From positions 562,659 to 626,658 of the forward strand of contig DATIBO010000006.1 of the NCBI GenBank assembly GCA_035457485.1: a stretch of 64,000 bases of DNA. Reading direction: 5' to 3'. The position numbers and the translations under genes are program-made. Below, one piece after another: positions 46,392-55,887 of this stretch; the stretch's first letter is position 1, and each line of letters starts with the position of its first letter. Origin of the DNA: Candidatus Saccharimonadales bacterium (GTDB lineage: Bacteria; Patescibacteriota; Saccharimonadia; Saccharimonadales; EFPC-124). The notes beneath the pieces were generated by a model, which was not told the origin of the DNA, made no database searches, and saw only the letters and a list, made by a program, of their open reading frames with translations.

Positions 46392-47774
46392 TTATCTAAC
46401 TTTGCTTGCTAGCTCGTTGGCAACGTCATCGTAACCCGAAACGGTCATGCTTAAAATTACGTCACCAGGTTCAGAGTTCTCGACCACTTGCGTAACTAAG
46501 TCGGATCGATCTGGTACGAAAACAGAGTTATTCTTAAGGTCATCTGGTAAACCATCAATTATCTCTTGCCCGCTAACTGTACGTTGATTAGCAAGTTCAC
46601 GCGCAGGTTCGACATCGCACATATATAGTTTGTCGGCGCCATCAAAGGCCTGATAATACTCTTTAAGCAAAGTCTGCGTGCGCGAGTATGTATGTGGCCG
46701 ATAAATTACAATCAGCCGTCGGCCGGAAAAATGCAACTTTGCTGCTTCGATAGTGGTTTTAACTTCGGTAGGGTGGTGGGCGTAATCGTCAATTACCGTG
46801 ATTTTGTCGTTCACCAAAATATTAAACCGCCTAAAAGCGCCTTTAAAAGTGGCCGCGCCTCGCTTAATTTGGTCAAAACTTAGTCCCTCATTTAAAGTGG
46901 CCGCGACAGCCGCCAGACTGTTAGCAACGTTGTGTTTGCCGTAAACTGAAGCCGTGAGTTCCCCAAGCGACTCACCGTTCTTAATAACCTGATAGCTTAT
47001 GCCTTTTTCATTAAAGTCTATGTTTTTAGCCGTAAAGTTGCCAGACCGTAAACTATAAGTTATAACTTGTGCTGCAGAGCTTTTACTAACTTCAAGCGCA
47101 AGTTCGTCGTCGGCGCAAACAATCATTTTACCTATTTTTGGCAGATCGCCAACAAGTTTTTTAAAAGCATTTAAATATGAGTCCATAGTAGGATAGGCAT
47201 CTGGGTGATCGTGTTCAATCGAAGTCAAAATCAAAGTGTCGGGATGGTAATAATTGAATTTAGGCTGATCATCGAGTGTGGATGCCTTGTATTCATCTGC
47301 CTCAACCACTACGATTTTGGCGTTCTCGAGACGCGAACTCGATTTAAAGTTAAATGGTCTAACGCCAATTAAATAGTCGGGCTTAAGCCCAGCAGATTCA
47401 ATAATCCAGGCAATTAGCGATGTAGTGGTTGTTTTGCCGTGAGTTCCCGCAACGGCAATTACTTTTTTGCCCATTGTGAGCTGGCCAAAAAGCTCGGCAA
47501 AAGATAAAATTTTCAAATTGCGTTCGCGTGCTTCTTTAATAATTGGATGGTCTTCTTTGCCATGATGACCGCTAATTACTATGGTATCTACATCTTTTAA
47601 AAGCTCTGGGCTATATTTGGTGGTCCAGTTCAGCGAATTTTCATCGAGCCAATCACTCATCGGAGGACCGGCGGTTTCATCTAGGCCGCTAACTATAAAG
47701 CCTTGTTGTTGTGAAGCCAGGGCGAGCCCCCCCATGGCATGACCGGCGATCCCCAAAAAGAATAGATGTTTCAT
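46392..47774 (-). CDS. Mur ligase family, Mpl-like (UDP-MurNAc:tripeptide ligase) or MurC-like
   Basis: N-terminus GIAGHAMGGLA...PPMS resembles Mpl. GTHGKTTT P-loop. Confidence 0.75.
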   Translation of the reverse strand: MKHLFFLGIAGHAMGGLALASQQQGFIVSGLDETAGPPMSDWLDENSLNWTTKYSPELLKDVDTIVISGHHGKEDHPIIKEARERNLKILSFAELFGQLTMGKKVIAVAGTHGKTTTTSLIAWIIESAGLKPDYLIGVRPFNFKSSSRLENAKIVVVEADEYKASTLDDQPKFNYYHPDTLILTSIEHDHPDAYPTMDSYLNAFKKLVGDLPKIGKMIVCADDELALEVSKSSAAQVITYSLRSGNFTAKNIDFNEKGISYQVIKNGESLGELTASVYGKHNVANSLAAVAATLNEGLSFDQIKRGAATFKGAFRRFNILVNDKITVIDDYAHHPTEVKTTIEAAKLHFSGRRLIVIYRPHTYSRTQTLLKEYYQAFDGADKLYMCDVEPARELANQRTVSGQEIIDGLPDDLKNNSVFVPDRSDLVTQVVENSEPGDVILSMTVSGYDDVANELASKVR

Positions 47775-47832
47775 AAAATGATTTTAGCAAACAAAAACGA
47801 GGGAGCAAAAACTGCCGCCCTCGTTTTACTCA

Positions 47833-48471
47833 TTACAAAGCTTGAACCGGCCAGACCTGGAAGTTTGGACACCAGGCAGTAACTGGCGAAGTCACACTTA
47901 GGTATCCAACATCGTTCGGAGGATAAACCCTAAGTTTAGTCGCCCCAGTTTTACATTCTCCATTTGTAAAGTTTGCTTGGTTACTTACGCTAATTGGTGC
48001 TTTAACCTTTGTATTTGGCGCAAGCGACAGTTTAGCTTCTGGTGCGTTAGCAACACGGTTTGCCGGCTCGCCGACTATATTACCGTTGCTATTGACAAAC
48101 GAAACTCCAGGGTAACCAAACAAAGCACATGTTCTACTGCCTGTGTTGGTAAAGATCAAATCATACGAAAGCGTTCCAGCGCCGGTACCACTTCCTTCTT
48201 GAACAGTAAGTGACAGCTCATCTGTATTACATGTAGTTTCTGTAGTTGTCTTTGGTGGCGCTAGCAAAGTAGCCGCAGCCGTGGCCTTAACTTGCTCAAG
48301 CTCGGCAAGACTGGTTTCTTGCGCAGCTTTTTGCTCCTGTTCTTTTACAGACTTGCCATAAAAATATCCGCCAATCGCCGCAGCAATCAGCAAGACCAGT
48401 GCCACGACAACCACGATAATTAACGTATTAGATGATTTATTTGTTTGGGGTGGGGGTGTTTCGTATTCCAT
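47833..48471 (-). CDS. Membrane-anchored DUF4232-like protein
   Basis: N-terminal TM. 'LIFTNTGSRTCALFGYPGVSF' pattern typical of DUF4232. Confidence 0.65.
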   Translation of the reverse strand: MEYETPPPQTNKSSNTLIIVVVVALVLLIAAAIGGYFYGKSVKEQEQKAAQETSLAELEQVKATAAATLLAPPKTTTETTCNTDELSLTVQEGSGTGAGTLSYDLIFTNTGSRTCALFGYPGVSFVNSNGNIVGEPANRVANAPEAKLSLAPNTKVKAPISVSNQANFTNGECKTGATKLRVYPPNDVGYLSVTSPVTAWCPNFQVWPVQAL

Positions 48472-48533
48472 AACTAAATTATATATTGTTAAGCATTAGC
48501 GTCAACAAAAACAAGTTATTATATAATTAAGTC

Positions 48534-49019
48534 ATGTATAAGCACGAACCAAAAGAATACTTATGTCCATTTTGCCACTTTTTAGCCGGAAACGAAGATA
48601 AATATAACAACACCGAGGACATCGTCTATCAAACTAAGTTAGCGACGGCGTTTGTTTCCCCGAAATGGTGGATCAACAATCCAGGGCATGTTTTGGTCGT
48701 TCCTAATGGCCATTACGAAAATATTTATAACATTCCCGACGAGCATCTGGCCGAAGTTGCCAAAGTTACTAAAAAAGTCGCCATAGCAATTCGCGAAACA
48801 TACAACTGTGCCGGAACCTCGACTCGCCAGCACAACGAGCCCGCGGGCAACCAAGATGTGTGGCATTTACACGTTCACGTATTTCCACGCCACGAAAGCG
48901 ACGACCTGTACTTAAACACTAACGAACATCGATTCGTAAATGAGGCCGAGCGCAAGCCCTACGCGGACAAACTCAAGGCTTATTTTGCTAAACAAACCGA
49001 CCAGCTTGTGTTAACGTAG
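48534..49019 (+). CDS. HIT-family nucleotide hydrolase/transferase, leaderless
   Basis: HLHVHVFPR histidine triad. TATAAT ends 6 nt before the ATG. Confidence 0.85.
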   Translation: MYKHEPKEYLCPFCHFLAGNEDKYNNTEDIVYQTKLATAFVSPKWWINNPGHVLVVPNGHYENIYNIPDEHLAEVAKVTKKVAIAIRETYNCAGTSTRQHNEPAGNQDVWHLHVHVFPRHESDDLYLNTNEHRFVNEAERKPYADKLKAYFAKQTDQLVLT

Positions 49020-49026
49020 TGTCATA

Positions 49027-50118
49027 ATGAAAAACTTACGCTTATATGTTTTGGGGTTAGTTGCAGCGATCATTGTGATTGAGATTGTACTATTTTTACT
49101 GCCCGCACCGAGTTTTATTAGCGACATTCAGTCTTACAAAACGTCGTTCTTGATAGTTTCACTATTTTCGGCTTTTTACTTTGGCTCAGCACTGTTATTT
49201 TTGTACGGAATTTACGACCTGCGCCCTGAGATGCGAAAATCCTACCAAATCATCACTGCAAGCATGGCCTTTTTTGGGATAGTAAACTTGCAGTATCCAG
49301 TCTTAATTTATGCGGGATTAATTCCTGGGGTCTGGACAACTTACGGCGGGTCATTATTGATAATCATCCCCGGGGTAATTATGCACTATTGGGGCGTGCG
49401 TCATCTAGCAAGAACTTTGGGAGTCAAAACCGGCGTCACGTCTTTTCAGCTTCTCGCATTTAGCATGATTGCTGCTTGTGGCGTAGTATTTTTATTACCT
49501 CACGTTAAAGAGATACCTGAATTTTGGTTTGGAATCCATCAAATAAGTGCGACAGTTAACTTGGTTCTCAACTTATTCACGGCGCTAATTTTGCTATCTA
49601 TTATTAAAATCATAGGCCCAACTTACAAGGCGAGCCTGCGCTGGTTTACTGCCGGTGTTATCCTAAGTACAATCGGCTTTTTGCATGTAGTTGTGGCTGC
49701 TCTATTTGGCCAGAATAATGCCTACACAGATCAAGGAGCGACTGCTGCACCCTTTATTATCGTCGCTCTATTTTACTTTGTCTCCGGCTATTATTTTTGC
49801 AAGATTCGCTTTTTTGGATTGGATGAAAAGCAAAACACAAGTCATGGAATCGTCGATGCGATCGTTACGATTGCCAGCTTAGTTTCTTATCAAAAAGACA
49901 TCGACGAATTGCTAGAACGAATGAGAAACATTACTGCCCAACTAAGTCCGGGCGAAAAATTGAGCCAAATGGACGAAAAGGCATTGGTGGTAATTTATCT
50001 CCAGATTGAGCAGTACTTAATTAATTACGAAAAGTTAAAGAGCTTCACTAAAGATTCTCTACGCGCAAGGCTAAGCGTAGATGCAATCAAAACCATCGAG
50101 ACTAACACCAAGACTTGA
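49027..50118 (+). CDS. Polytopic membrane protein with cytoplasmic helical C-terminal domain
   Basis: About 8 TM segments. No family recognised. Confidence 0.6.
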   Translation: MKNLRLYVLGLVAAIIVIEIVLFLLPAPSFISDIQSYKTSFLIVSLFSAFYFGSALLFLYGIYDLRPEMRKSYQIITASMAFFGIVNLQYPVLIYAGLIPGVWTTYGGSLLIIIPGVIMHYWGVRHLARTLGVKTGVTSFQLLAFSMIAACGVVFLLPHVKEIPEFWFGIHQISATVNLVLNLFTALILLSIIKIIGPTYKASLRWFTAGVILSTIGFLHVVVAALFGQNNAYTDQGATAAPFIIVALFYFVSGYYFCKIRFFGLDEKQNTSHGIVDAIVTIASLVSYQKDIDELLERMRNITAQLSPGEKLSQMDEKALVVIYLQIEQYLINYEKLKSFTKDSLRARLSVDAIKTIETNTKT

Positions 50119-50189
50119 TTTTTTAAAGCTTTTATGTTTACATATTGTTAATCCAGCTACTTTTTAACAGATGGGCTGGCCTGAACCTA

Positions 50190-50815
50190 CGATTTTTTTG
50201 GAGTGATCACCATGACCACCGCCGCCAACGCTATTTCGGCGCTAACCCAGGAAACAACCCGGCTGCCAATGTATTACTCGACAGCGCCGGGCACCACGCG
50301 CACAGGCCGTCTGGTGCGCGAGCGCGACGGCGACCCAATCCTGCCTTGGCTCGAGCGCAAGTTCGACAGCACTCTCTACGTCGTACCTGGCATTGTGCCT
50401 ACGCTCGACCTGAGCGAGATGCTTGACAGTCTGCGTAGCCGTGCCCGAAATTCAACTCCGGGCCTTCGCTGGGCGCGCTGGTTGTCAGTGGACATCTGTG
50501 TAGGCATGCTGTGGCTCCTGGTAGCAAGCTACGACTGGTGGGCCGTGACGCCTGGGGTGCAGCTCTGGTGGACGGCCACGTTCGCCTTTGCCGGCCTCAG
50601 CGCGTTCGTTGGCTGGGACTGGCAGCGTGAGCAACCGAACATGCCCAGTCTGCACACAACCACAGTCGTGGTGGGCGTCAGTCTGACGCTTGCAGCCCTG
50701 GCGCTACTGTTCGGCACCGCATTGATGGCAACCAACATCGTCATGGGAATCTTCTCGTAGGGCAGCGGCCCTCCTCACAGTTTTGCTGGCGAAGGAGGCG
50801 CCGCAAAACTGAGAT
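50190..50815. other. GC-rich segment D
   Basis: 60-mer 50521-50580 has 41/60 G+C (hand count). Flanks are AT-rich. Confidence 0.6.
50212..50760 (+). CDS. GC-rich membrane protein (about 182 aa: soluble N-terminal half plus 3 Trp-rich TM segments)
   Basis: GGAG RBS before ATG 50212, with an alternative GTG at 50203. Hairpin downstream at about 50764-50808. Confidence 0.6.
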   Translation: MTTAANAISALTQETTRLPMYYSTAPGTTRTGRLVRERDGDPILPWLERKFDSTLYVVPGIVPTLDLSEMLDSLRSRARNSTPGLRWARWLSVDICVGMLWLLVASYDWWAVTPGVQLWWTATFAFAGLSAFVGWDWQREQPNMPSLHTTTVVVGVSLTLAALALLFGTALMATNIVMGIFS

Positions 50816-50853
50816 TATTTTATACTCAAGGCTCCCTAGGATATACTAGCGGT

Positions 50854-52854
50854 ATGGCAAATTCTTTTTCACATCCTTTAGGCGAAATAAATTTCGACAA
50901 ATACAAAATATCCGACGTCAAAGAAGTTTTAGACAACTACATTGAACTCGCAAAAAACAACGACCAAAAAATAATAGACCTAAAACCAACTGAAGTAACT
51001 TACAAGAATACCGTAATTGCATTTTGCGATGCCACCGACGAAATCGATTTTTTAAGCGGCGTGGTTGGCCATTTAGCGAGCACCTTGGGTGGCGACTGGC
51101 AGCAACAGGATCAAATCGTATCCGAACAGATAACTAAGTTGTACTCGGATCGAGGACTAAACAAAAAACTTTACAATCAGCTCTCAATCGCACAGAAGCT
51201 AGCAAAAACTGACCCAGAAAAACGACTAATCGATGAGATTATTCGTGGCTATAAACGCGGCGGAATAGATTTGCCGAAAGACAAAAAAGACCGCTTAAAG
51301 CAAATTCGGACTCAAATTTCTAAGCTTACAACCGACTTTGGGCAAAACGCAGTTAAGGCGAATGATGAAGCATTTTTGTTAGTCAAAAGCGAAAACGAGC
51401 TTGCCGGAACAGATGAATCGGATCGGCAAATTTGGGCAGAGGCCGCCAAGAATGTCGGCAGGACTGGATTCTACATTCAGTTCAGCGCTCCAAATTTTGA
51501 CAAAATCATGACACATTGTAGTGTGCAAAAAACGCGACAAGCAATGCATAAAATTTCGCGCATGCGAGCGCCCCAAAACGAAGCAATTGCTAAAAAAATT
51601 CTAGCCTTACGTCAAGAGCTAGCCGAAGTCTTGGGTTACAAAAACTACATAGAATACGTTCTTTCGGAGCGCATGGCAAAAAACCAAAAAACTGCAACGG
51701 ACTTTATAAAAATGCTTGGCGACAAATATTTGCCAACCATGCAAAAAGAGGCCGAGCAATTAGGTAATTTTATCAAGCAAAACGGCGGCGAGGAGTTAGA
51801 CATCACCGACGTAGATGGTGGCTCAAACTTTTACTACGCAAGCAAAATGTACGCCAAAAACATTGGCCTAGACATAGCAGAATTACAAGAATACTTTGTT
51901 ATGGATAACGTTTTACACGGAATGTTTGACTGCCTACAGCAACTTTACGGTGTGCGTTTTAAAAAGAACATAAATGTAGCGAAAGCCCAAAAAGATGTCG
52001 AGGTTTATGACATTTATAACGAAGGTAACGAGCACATTGGCAGAATTTGGGGTGACTGGTATGCGCGTCAGGGCAAACAGGCCGGAGCGTGGCAACACAC
52101 AATGTATTTTGCAGATCGTGACATGGGAATAAAAAAGCCGCACTTAAGCGCAGTTTGCACCAACTTTACTCCGCCTAGCAAAGGCAAGCCCTCTCTGCTT
52201 TCGCTACGCGATGTCGAAACTTTATGGCATGAATTTGGTCACGCAATGCACTGCTCGTTTAGTAATACTAAGCTAAAAGCTCAAAATGCCTATGGCACAA
52301 AATGGGATTTTGTCGAGGCCCCATCTCAAATTATGGAAAACTGGGTTTGGCAAAAAGAAGTCTTAGACAAAATAGCCAAACATTACAAAACTGGCAAAAG
52401 CCTGCCTAAAACCGTTGGGCAAAAACTTTTACAAAGTCGTGCGTTTCGCGTAGCATCAATCGCAGCTTGGACGATCGGATGGAGTGCTATCGACCTTGAA
52501 CTGCATGGAAGCTACAATCAATCCCAGTCTCTTAGTAAGTTTTACCGCCAGACCAAACAAAAGTACTGCCCGGTAACAGTGCCTGATTACGATAATAATA
52601 TATGTACGTTCACACATATCTTTGCGGGCGGCTACGCGGCTGGATACTACGGATACAAATGGGCCGAAGTTATTGAAGCTGATCTATTTAGCAAATTTTT
52701 AGCCGAGGGAATTCTAAATCCAAAAGTTGGTCACGAATATCGAGACAAAATCTTGGCACGCGGCGACGAGGTAAGCCCGGAAGTTTTAATTAAAGACTTT
52801 TTGGGTCGAGCAACCACAACGGATGCTATCTTAAAGCGTGATGGCATAAAATAA
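50854..52854 (+). CDS. M3-family zinc metallopeptidase (oligopeptidase A / Dcp-like)
   Basis: HEFGHAMH zinc motif; length 666 aa. Confidence 0.85.
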   Translation: MANSFSHPLGEINFDKYKISDVKEVLDNYIELAKNNDQKIIDLKPTEVTYKNTVIAFCDATDEIDFLSGVVGHLASTLGGDWQQQDQIVSEQITKLYSDRGLNKKLYNQLSIAQKLAKTDPEKRLIDEIIRGYKRGGIDLPKDKKDRLKQIRTQISKLTTDFGQNAVKANDEAFLLVKSENELAGTDESDRQIWAEAAKNVGRTGFYIQFSAPNFDKIMTHCSVQKTRQAMHKISRMRAPQNEAIAKKILALRQELAEVLGYKNYIEYVLSERMAKNQKTATDFIKMLGDKYLPTMQKEAEQLGNFIKQNGGEELDITDVDGGSNFYYASKMYAKNIGLDIAELQEYFVMDNVLHGMFDCLQQLYGVRFKKNINVAKAQKDVEVYDIYNEGNEHIGRIWGDWYARQGKQAGAWQHTMYFADRDMGIKKPHLSAVCTNFTPPSKGKPSLLSLRDVETLWHEFGHAMHCSFSNTKLKAQNAYGTKWDFVEAPSQIMENWVWQKEVLDKIAKHYKTGKSLPKTVGQKLLQSRAFRVASIAAWTIGWSAIDLELHGSYNQSQSLSKFYRQTKQKYCPVTVPDYDNNICTFTHIFAGGYAAGYYGYKWAEVIEADLFSKFLAEGILNPKVGHEYRDKILARGDEVSPEVLIKDFLGRATTTDAILKRDGIK

Positions 52855-52903
52855 GATCTGTTTGCCAGGGCATGATACAATAACTTAAAAGTGTACTTTG
52901 CAA

Positions 52904-53521
52904 ATGAAAACACTCTCAATTGCCAAACCATTAGTAATTTTAGTTGTCGGTTTGCCAGGTGCGGGTAAAAGCTACTTTGCCAAGCAATTCTCCGATACTT
53001 TTAGCGTGCCTCTTATTAGCAACAACCAAATTCGAGGCGAGCTTTTTGAAAAACCGCAATTTAGTGCCGACGAGAACAAAATTGTGGAGAGGATTCAGGA
53101 TCTAATGTTGCAACAACTCCTTAAAACTAAGGGCAGCGTGCTAGTTGATGACGGCATGGTAACGCGGCAAGACCGACAAAAGTTAGTGCAAATAGCTAAA
53201 AAATCTGGTTTTGATGTTTTGACTGTCTGGGTACAAACCAATCCAGATATGGCAAAAATGCGTGCAACAAAAAATCCTAACAAAACTCCAGATTACAATG
53301 TTATTCCAGAGGCACATTTTAATACGATTCAAAAAAAATTTGCTCCACCGACCGAGGATTACATAGTAATCAGCGGAATGCACACTTATACGACTCAGGC
53401 ACGAACTGTCTTACGTAAACTCGCCGCAACTCATACTGGTAAGGTTGAGCAAAGCAAAACCTCTGACTTAGCTAAATCCCGAGCCACAAAACCGCCGACG
53501 CGAGGCATTATAATTAGGTGA
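52904..53521 (+). CDS. P-loop kinase-like ATPase (AAA_33-like)
   Basis: GLPGAGKS Walker A and VLVDDG Walker B-like. ATG 52904 lies downstream of TGATACAAT. Confidence 0.65.
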   Translation: MKTLSIAKPLVILVVGLPGAGKSYFAKQFSDTFSVPLISNNQIRGELFEKPQFSADENKIVERIQDLMLQQLLKTKGSVLVDDGMVTRQDRQKLVQIAKKSGFDVLTVWVQTNPDMAKMRATKNPNKTPDYNVIPEAHFNTIQKKFAPPTEDYIVISGMHTYTTQARTVLRKLAATHTGKVEQSKTSDLAKSRATKPPTRGIIIR

Positions 53522-54219
53522 TGTCAAAGAATCAGATCGAAGATCCGGAATTCGGCGTTGTAAAGGTTAGGCGGAGTCATCTCGCAAATCGTCTAAAACT
53601 CAAAGTTGATCAATCTGGTAAGCTGCAGGTTAGTATGCCACTTGGCGTTCCTTTATTTTTTGCAAAAAGATTTATTGATGAATCGCGCGATTTCGTCCGT
53701 AAAAGCTTAAGTAAAGTTCAGCAGACAAAAGCGACATTGAGACACGGCGACTTGATTGGTAAAACTCATAAACTACACATTGGCTATGGTACAAAGTTTA
53801 GCAGTAAAATTGTCGGCACAACTTTTTTAATTGAGGTTCCAAAAGATGCACTAGTCGAATCGGCTCAAGTTCAGGACTTTATAAAGCAGGAGGCTCTTAA
53901 GGCGCTGAGATTACAATCTAAGGCGTACTTAAGTAGACGGCTTAAGGCTGTCGCCGAGCAATATGGATTTAGCTATACTAAACTTAGATTTGCCAACGCA
54001 GGCACCAGGTGGGGTAGTTGTTCTTCGAGTGGAACCATCAGTTTAAATATCTGGCTTATGCAGTTGCCACTTGAGCTTATTGATTATGTGATAGTTCACG
54101 AACTCTGCCATACCCGCGAGCTCAATCACTCAGCCAATTTTTGGTCTCAAGTTGAAATAATCTTACCAAACTTCAAGCAACTAAGAAGTAGCTTGAAGCA
54201 ACAGCAACCATACCTTTAA
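53518..54219 (+). CDS. YgjP/DUF45-like (M48-related) metal-dependent hydrolase
   Basis: HELCHTRELNHS HExxH motif. 4-nt overlap with the upstream gene. Confidence 0.75.
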   Translation: MMSKNQIEDPEFGVVKVRRSHLANRLKLKVDQSGKLQVSMPLGVPLFFAKRFIDESRDFVRKSLSKVQQTKATLRHGDLIGKTHKLHIGYGTKFSSKIVGTTFLIEVPKDALVESAQVQDFIKQEALKALRLQSKAYLSRRLKAVAEQYGFSYTKLRFANAGTRWGSCSSSGTISLNIWLMQLPLELIDYVIVHELCHTRELNHSANFWSQVEIILPNFKQLRSSLKQQQPYL

Positions 54220-54246
54220 TGCTTAGTTTGTGTCATAATTAACGCA

Positions 54247-55887
54247 ATGCCAAAGAGCAAAGCTTTTGAAAGACTTAATTTTATTTTGGAGCACTCTCCG
54301 GCTATTTTGCCTTTGGTGATGATTCCATTTGGGCTTTTGGCGCGGCAGGGTTTACTCGACGATCGCTACTATTATAACGACACAGTCTTTATGACGATCG
54401 TAACCGTGTTTTCGATTGCGTCGTTTATTTACATTTGGCGATCCGTAAAAGGCCAGGAGTCTAAGTTTGTTGACGCAGCCTTTCTGATCTTATTTAATGT
54501 TCTATCTCTGTTGTTTGTGCTTTTTGTAAGTGGTTTTTTGAGCGCATTTTTAGCAGTTTGGATCCTACTTTTAGTCAGCGCCGACATTCGTTTTAGCCAA
54601 AAAGGTTCTATATTAAGCTTTTTAGCCTTAGTAGCATCAGGTGGGCTGTTAATTTACCTTAATCCCAGCACACCTGTTAGCGAGCAACTCGAAATTGTAC
54701 AGGGCGTGTTAATTGTCGGCGCGATCGGTTACGTTATCGCCCGAATTCGATCTGCAACCATCAGCGAAAAGACCGCATTAGTAAAATCACGCAAGGAAGA
54801 AATTTACCAGAGGGAACGGCTTTTGGCCCTTGTAAATAGCATGGGTGACGCAGTCATGGCAGTGGATCAAAACGGGAATATTGGGGTATACAACTCGACT
54901 TTACTTAATTTATTGGATACAAACGTCGACTTAAATGGTCACAAAATCGACGAGGTCTTAAAGCTTTATGATGCAGATAATCATGAAGTTAATATTTTTG
55001 CCGAGGCAATGCAAAAACAAACTGTTTTTAGCCGATCAGATTTAACATACAAGTTTAATGACAATGACCAAATTAAACTTTACATTAACGTCGCACCCAT
55101 CTTACCAAGCTACCAAAGCGCCGATGAAAAGGGCTTTATTTTTATCTTGCGCGATATAACAAAAGAAAAAACACTCGAAGAGCAACGAGACGAATTCATT
55201 TCGGTCGTCAGCCACGAGCTTAGAACTCCTGTCACGATTGCCGAAGGGAACATGTCTAATATCCAGCTGTTGATTGAACGTGGTACTGATCCAAAAGTAA
55301 TTTCAGATGCCGCTAAAGACGCACATGAGCAGATTGTTTACCTTGCTAAACTAGTGAATGACTTGGCGACACTAGCCAAAGCCGAGCGCGGAACCGGCGG
55401 AGAACTTGAACAAACAGACATCAACTTAATGCTAAAAGGTTTTTACGATGAATACTCTCCGCAGGCCGATGCCAAAAAACTAAAGTTTATTTTAGACAGC
55501 CAAGTTCAATTACCTCAGCTCGTAACCAATAAGCTTTATCTACGAGAAATCTTGCAAAACTTAATCACCAACGCGCTCAAGTACACGCCTAAGGGTAGTG
55601 TTACTTTAAATGCACGTACCGACGACAAAAACTTGTACATCTCCGTGATCGACACAGGGATTGGCATAAGTAACACCGACAAACGTCGTGTGTTTGAAAA
55701 ATTCTACAGATCCGAAGATTATCGAACTCGCGAATCAAGTGGAACGGGCTTAGGTCTTTATGTATGCAAGAGCCTTGCCGAAAAATTGGGATACGAAATA
55801 ACTTTCGAAAGCGAGCTCAACAAAGGCTCACGATTTAGCGTTGTAATTCCTCTTTCAAAGGCACGGAGCGCTGCCCCTGAGAAATAA
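54247..55887 (+). CDS. Membrane-bound PAS sensor histidine kinase (no adjacent response regulator)
   Basis: About 5 N-terminal TM segments; SHELRTPVT H-box; GTGLGLYVCK. Confidence 0.85.
   Translation: MPKSKAFERLNFILEHSPAILPLVMIPFGLLARQGLLDDRYYYNDTVFMTIVTVFSIASFIYIWRSVKGQESKFVDAAFLILFNVLSLLFVLFVSGFLSAFLAVWILLLVSADIRFSQKGSILSFLALVASGGLLIYLNPSTPVSEQLEIVQGVLIVGAIGYVIARIRSATISEKTALVKSRKEEIYQRERLLALVNSMGDAVMAVDQNGNIGVYNSTLLNLLDTNVDLNGHKIDEVLKLYDADNHEVNIFAEAMQKQTVFSRSDLTYKFNDNDQIKLYINVAPILPSYQSADEKGFIFILRDITKEKTLEEQRDEFISVVSHELRTPVTIAEGNMSNIQLLIERGTDPKVISDAAKDAHEQIVYLAKLVNDLATLAKAERGTGGELEQTDINLMLKGFYDEYSPQADAKKLKFILDSQVQLPQLVTNKLYLREILQNLITNALKYTPKGSVTLNARTDDKNLYISVIDTGIGISNTDKRRVFEKFYRSEDYRTRESSGTGLGLYVCKSLAEKLGYEITFESELNKGSRFSVVIPLSKARSAAPEK

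Noticed and set aside
55835-55887. 53-nt convergent overlap of the sensor kinase and GT2 genes, considered as a possible programmed feature.
   Set aside because: This is most simply a chance 3' overlap of convergent genes. I saw no conserved structure.
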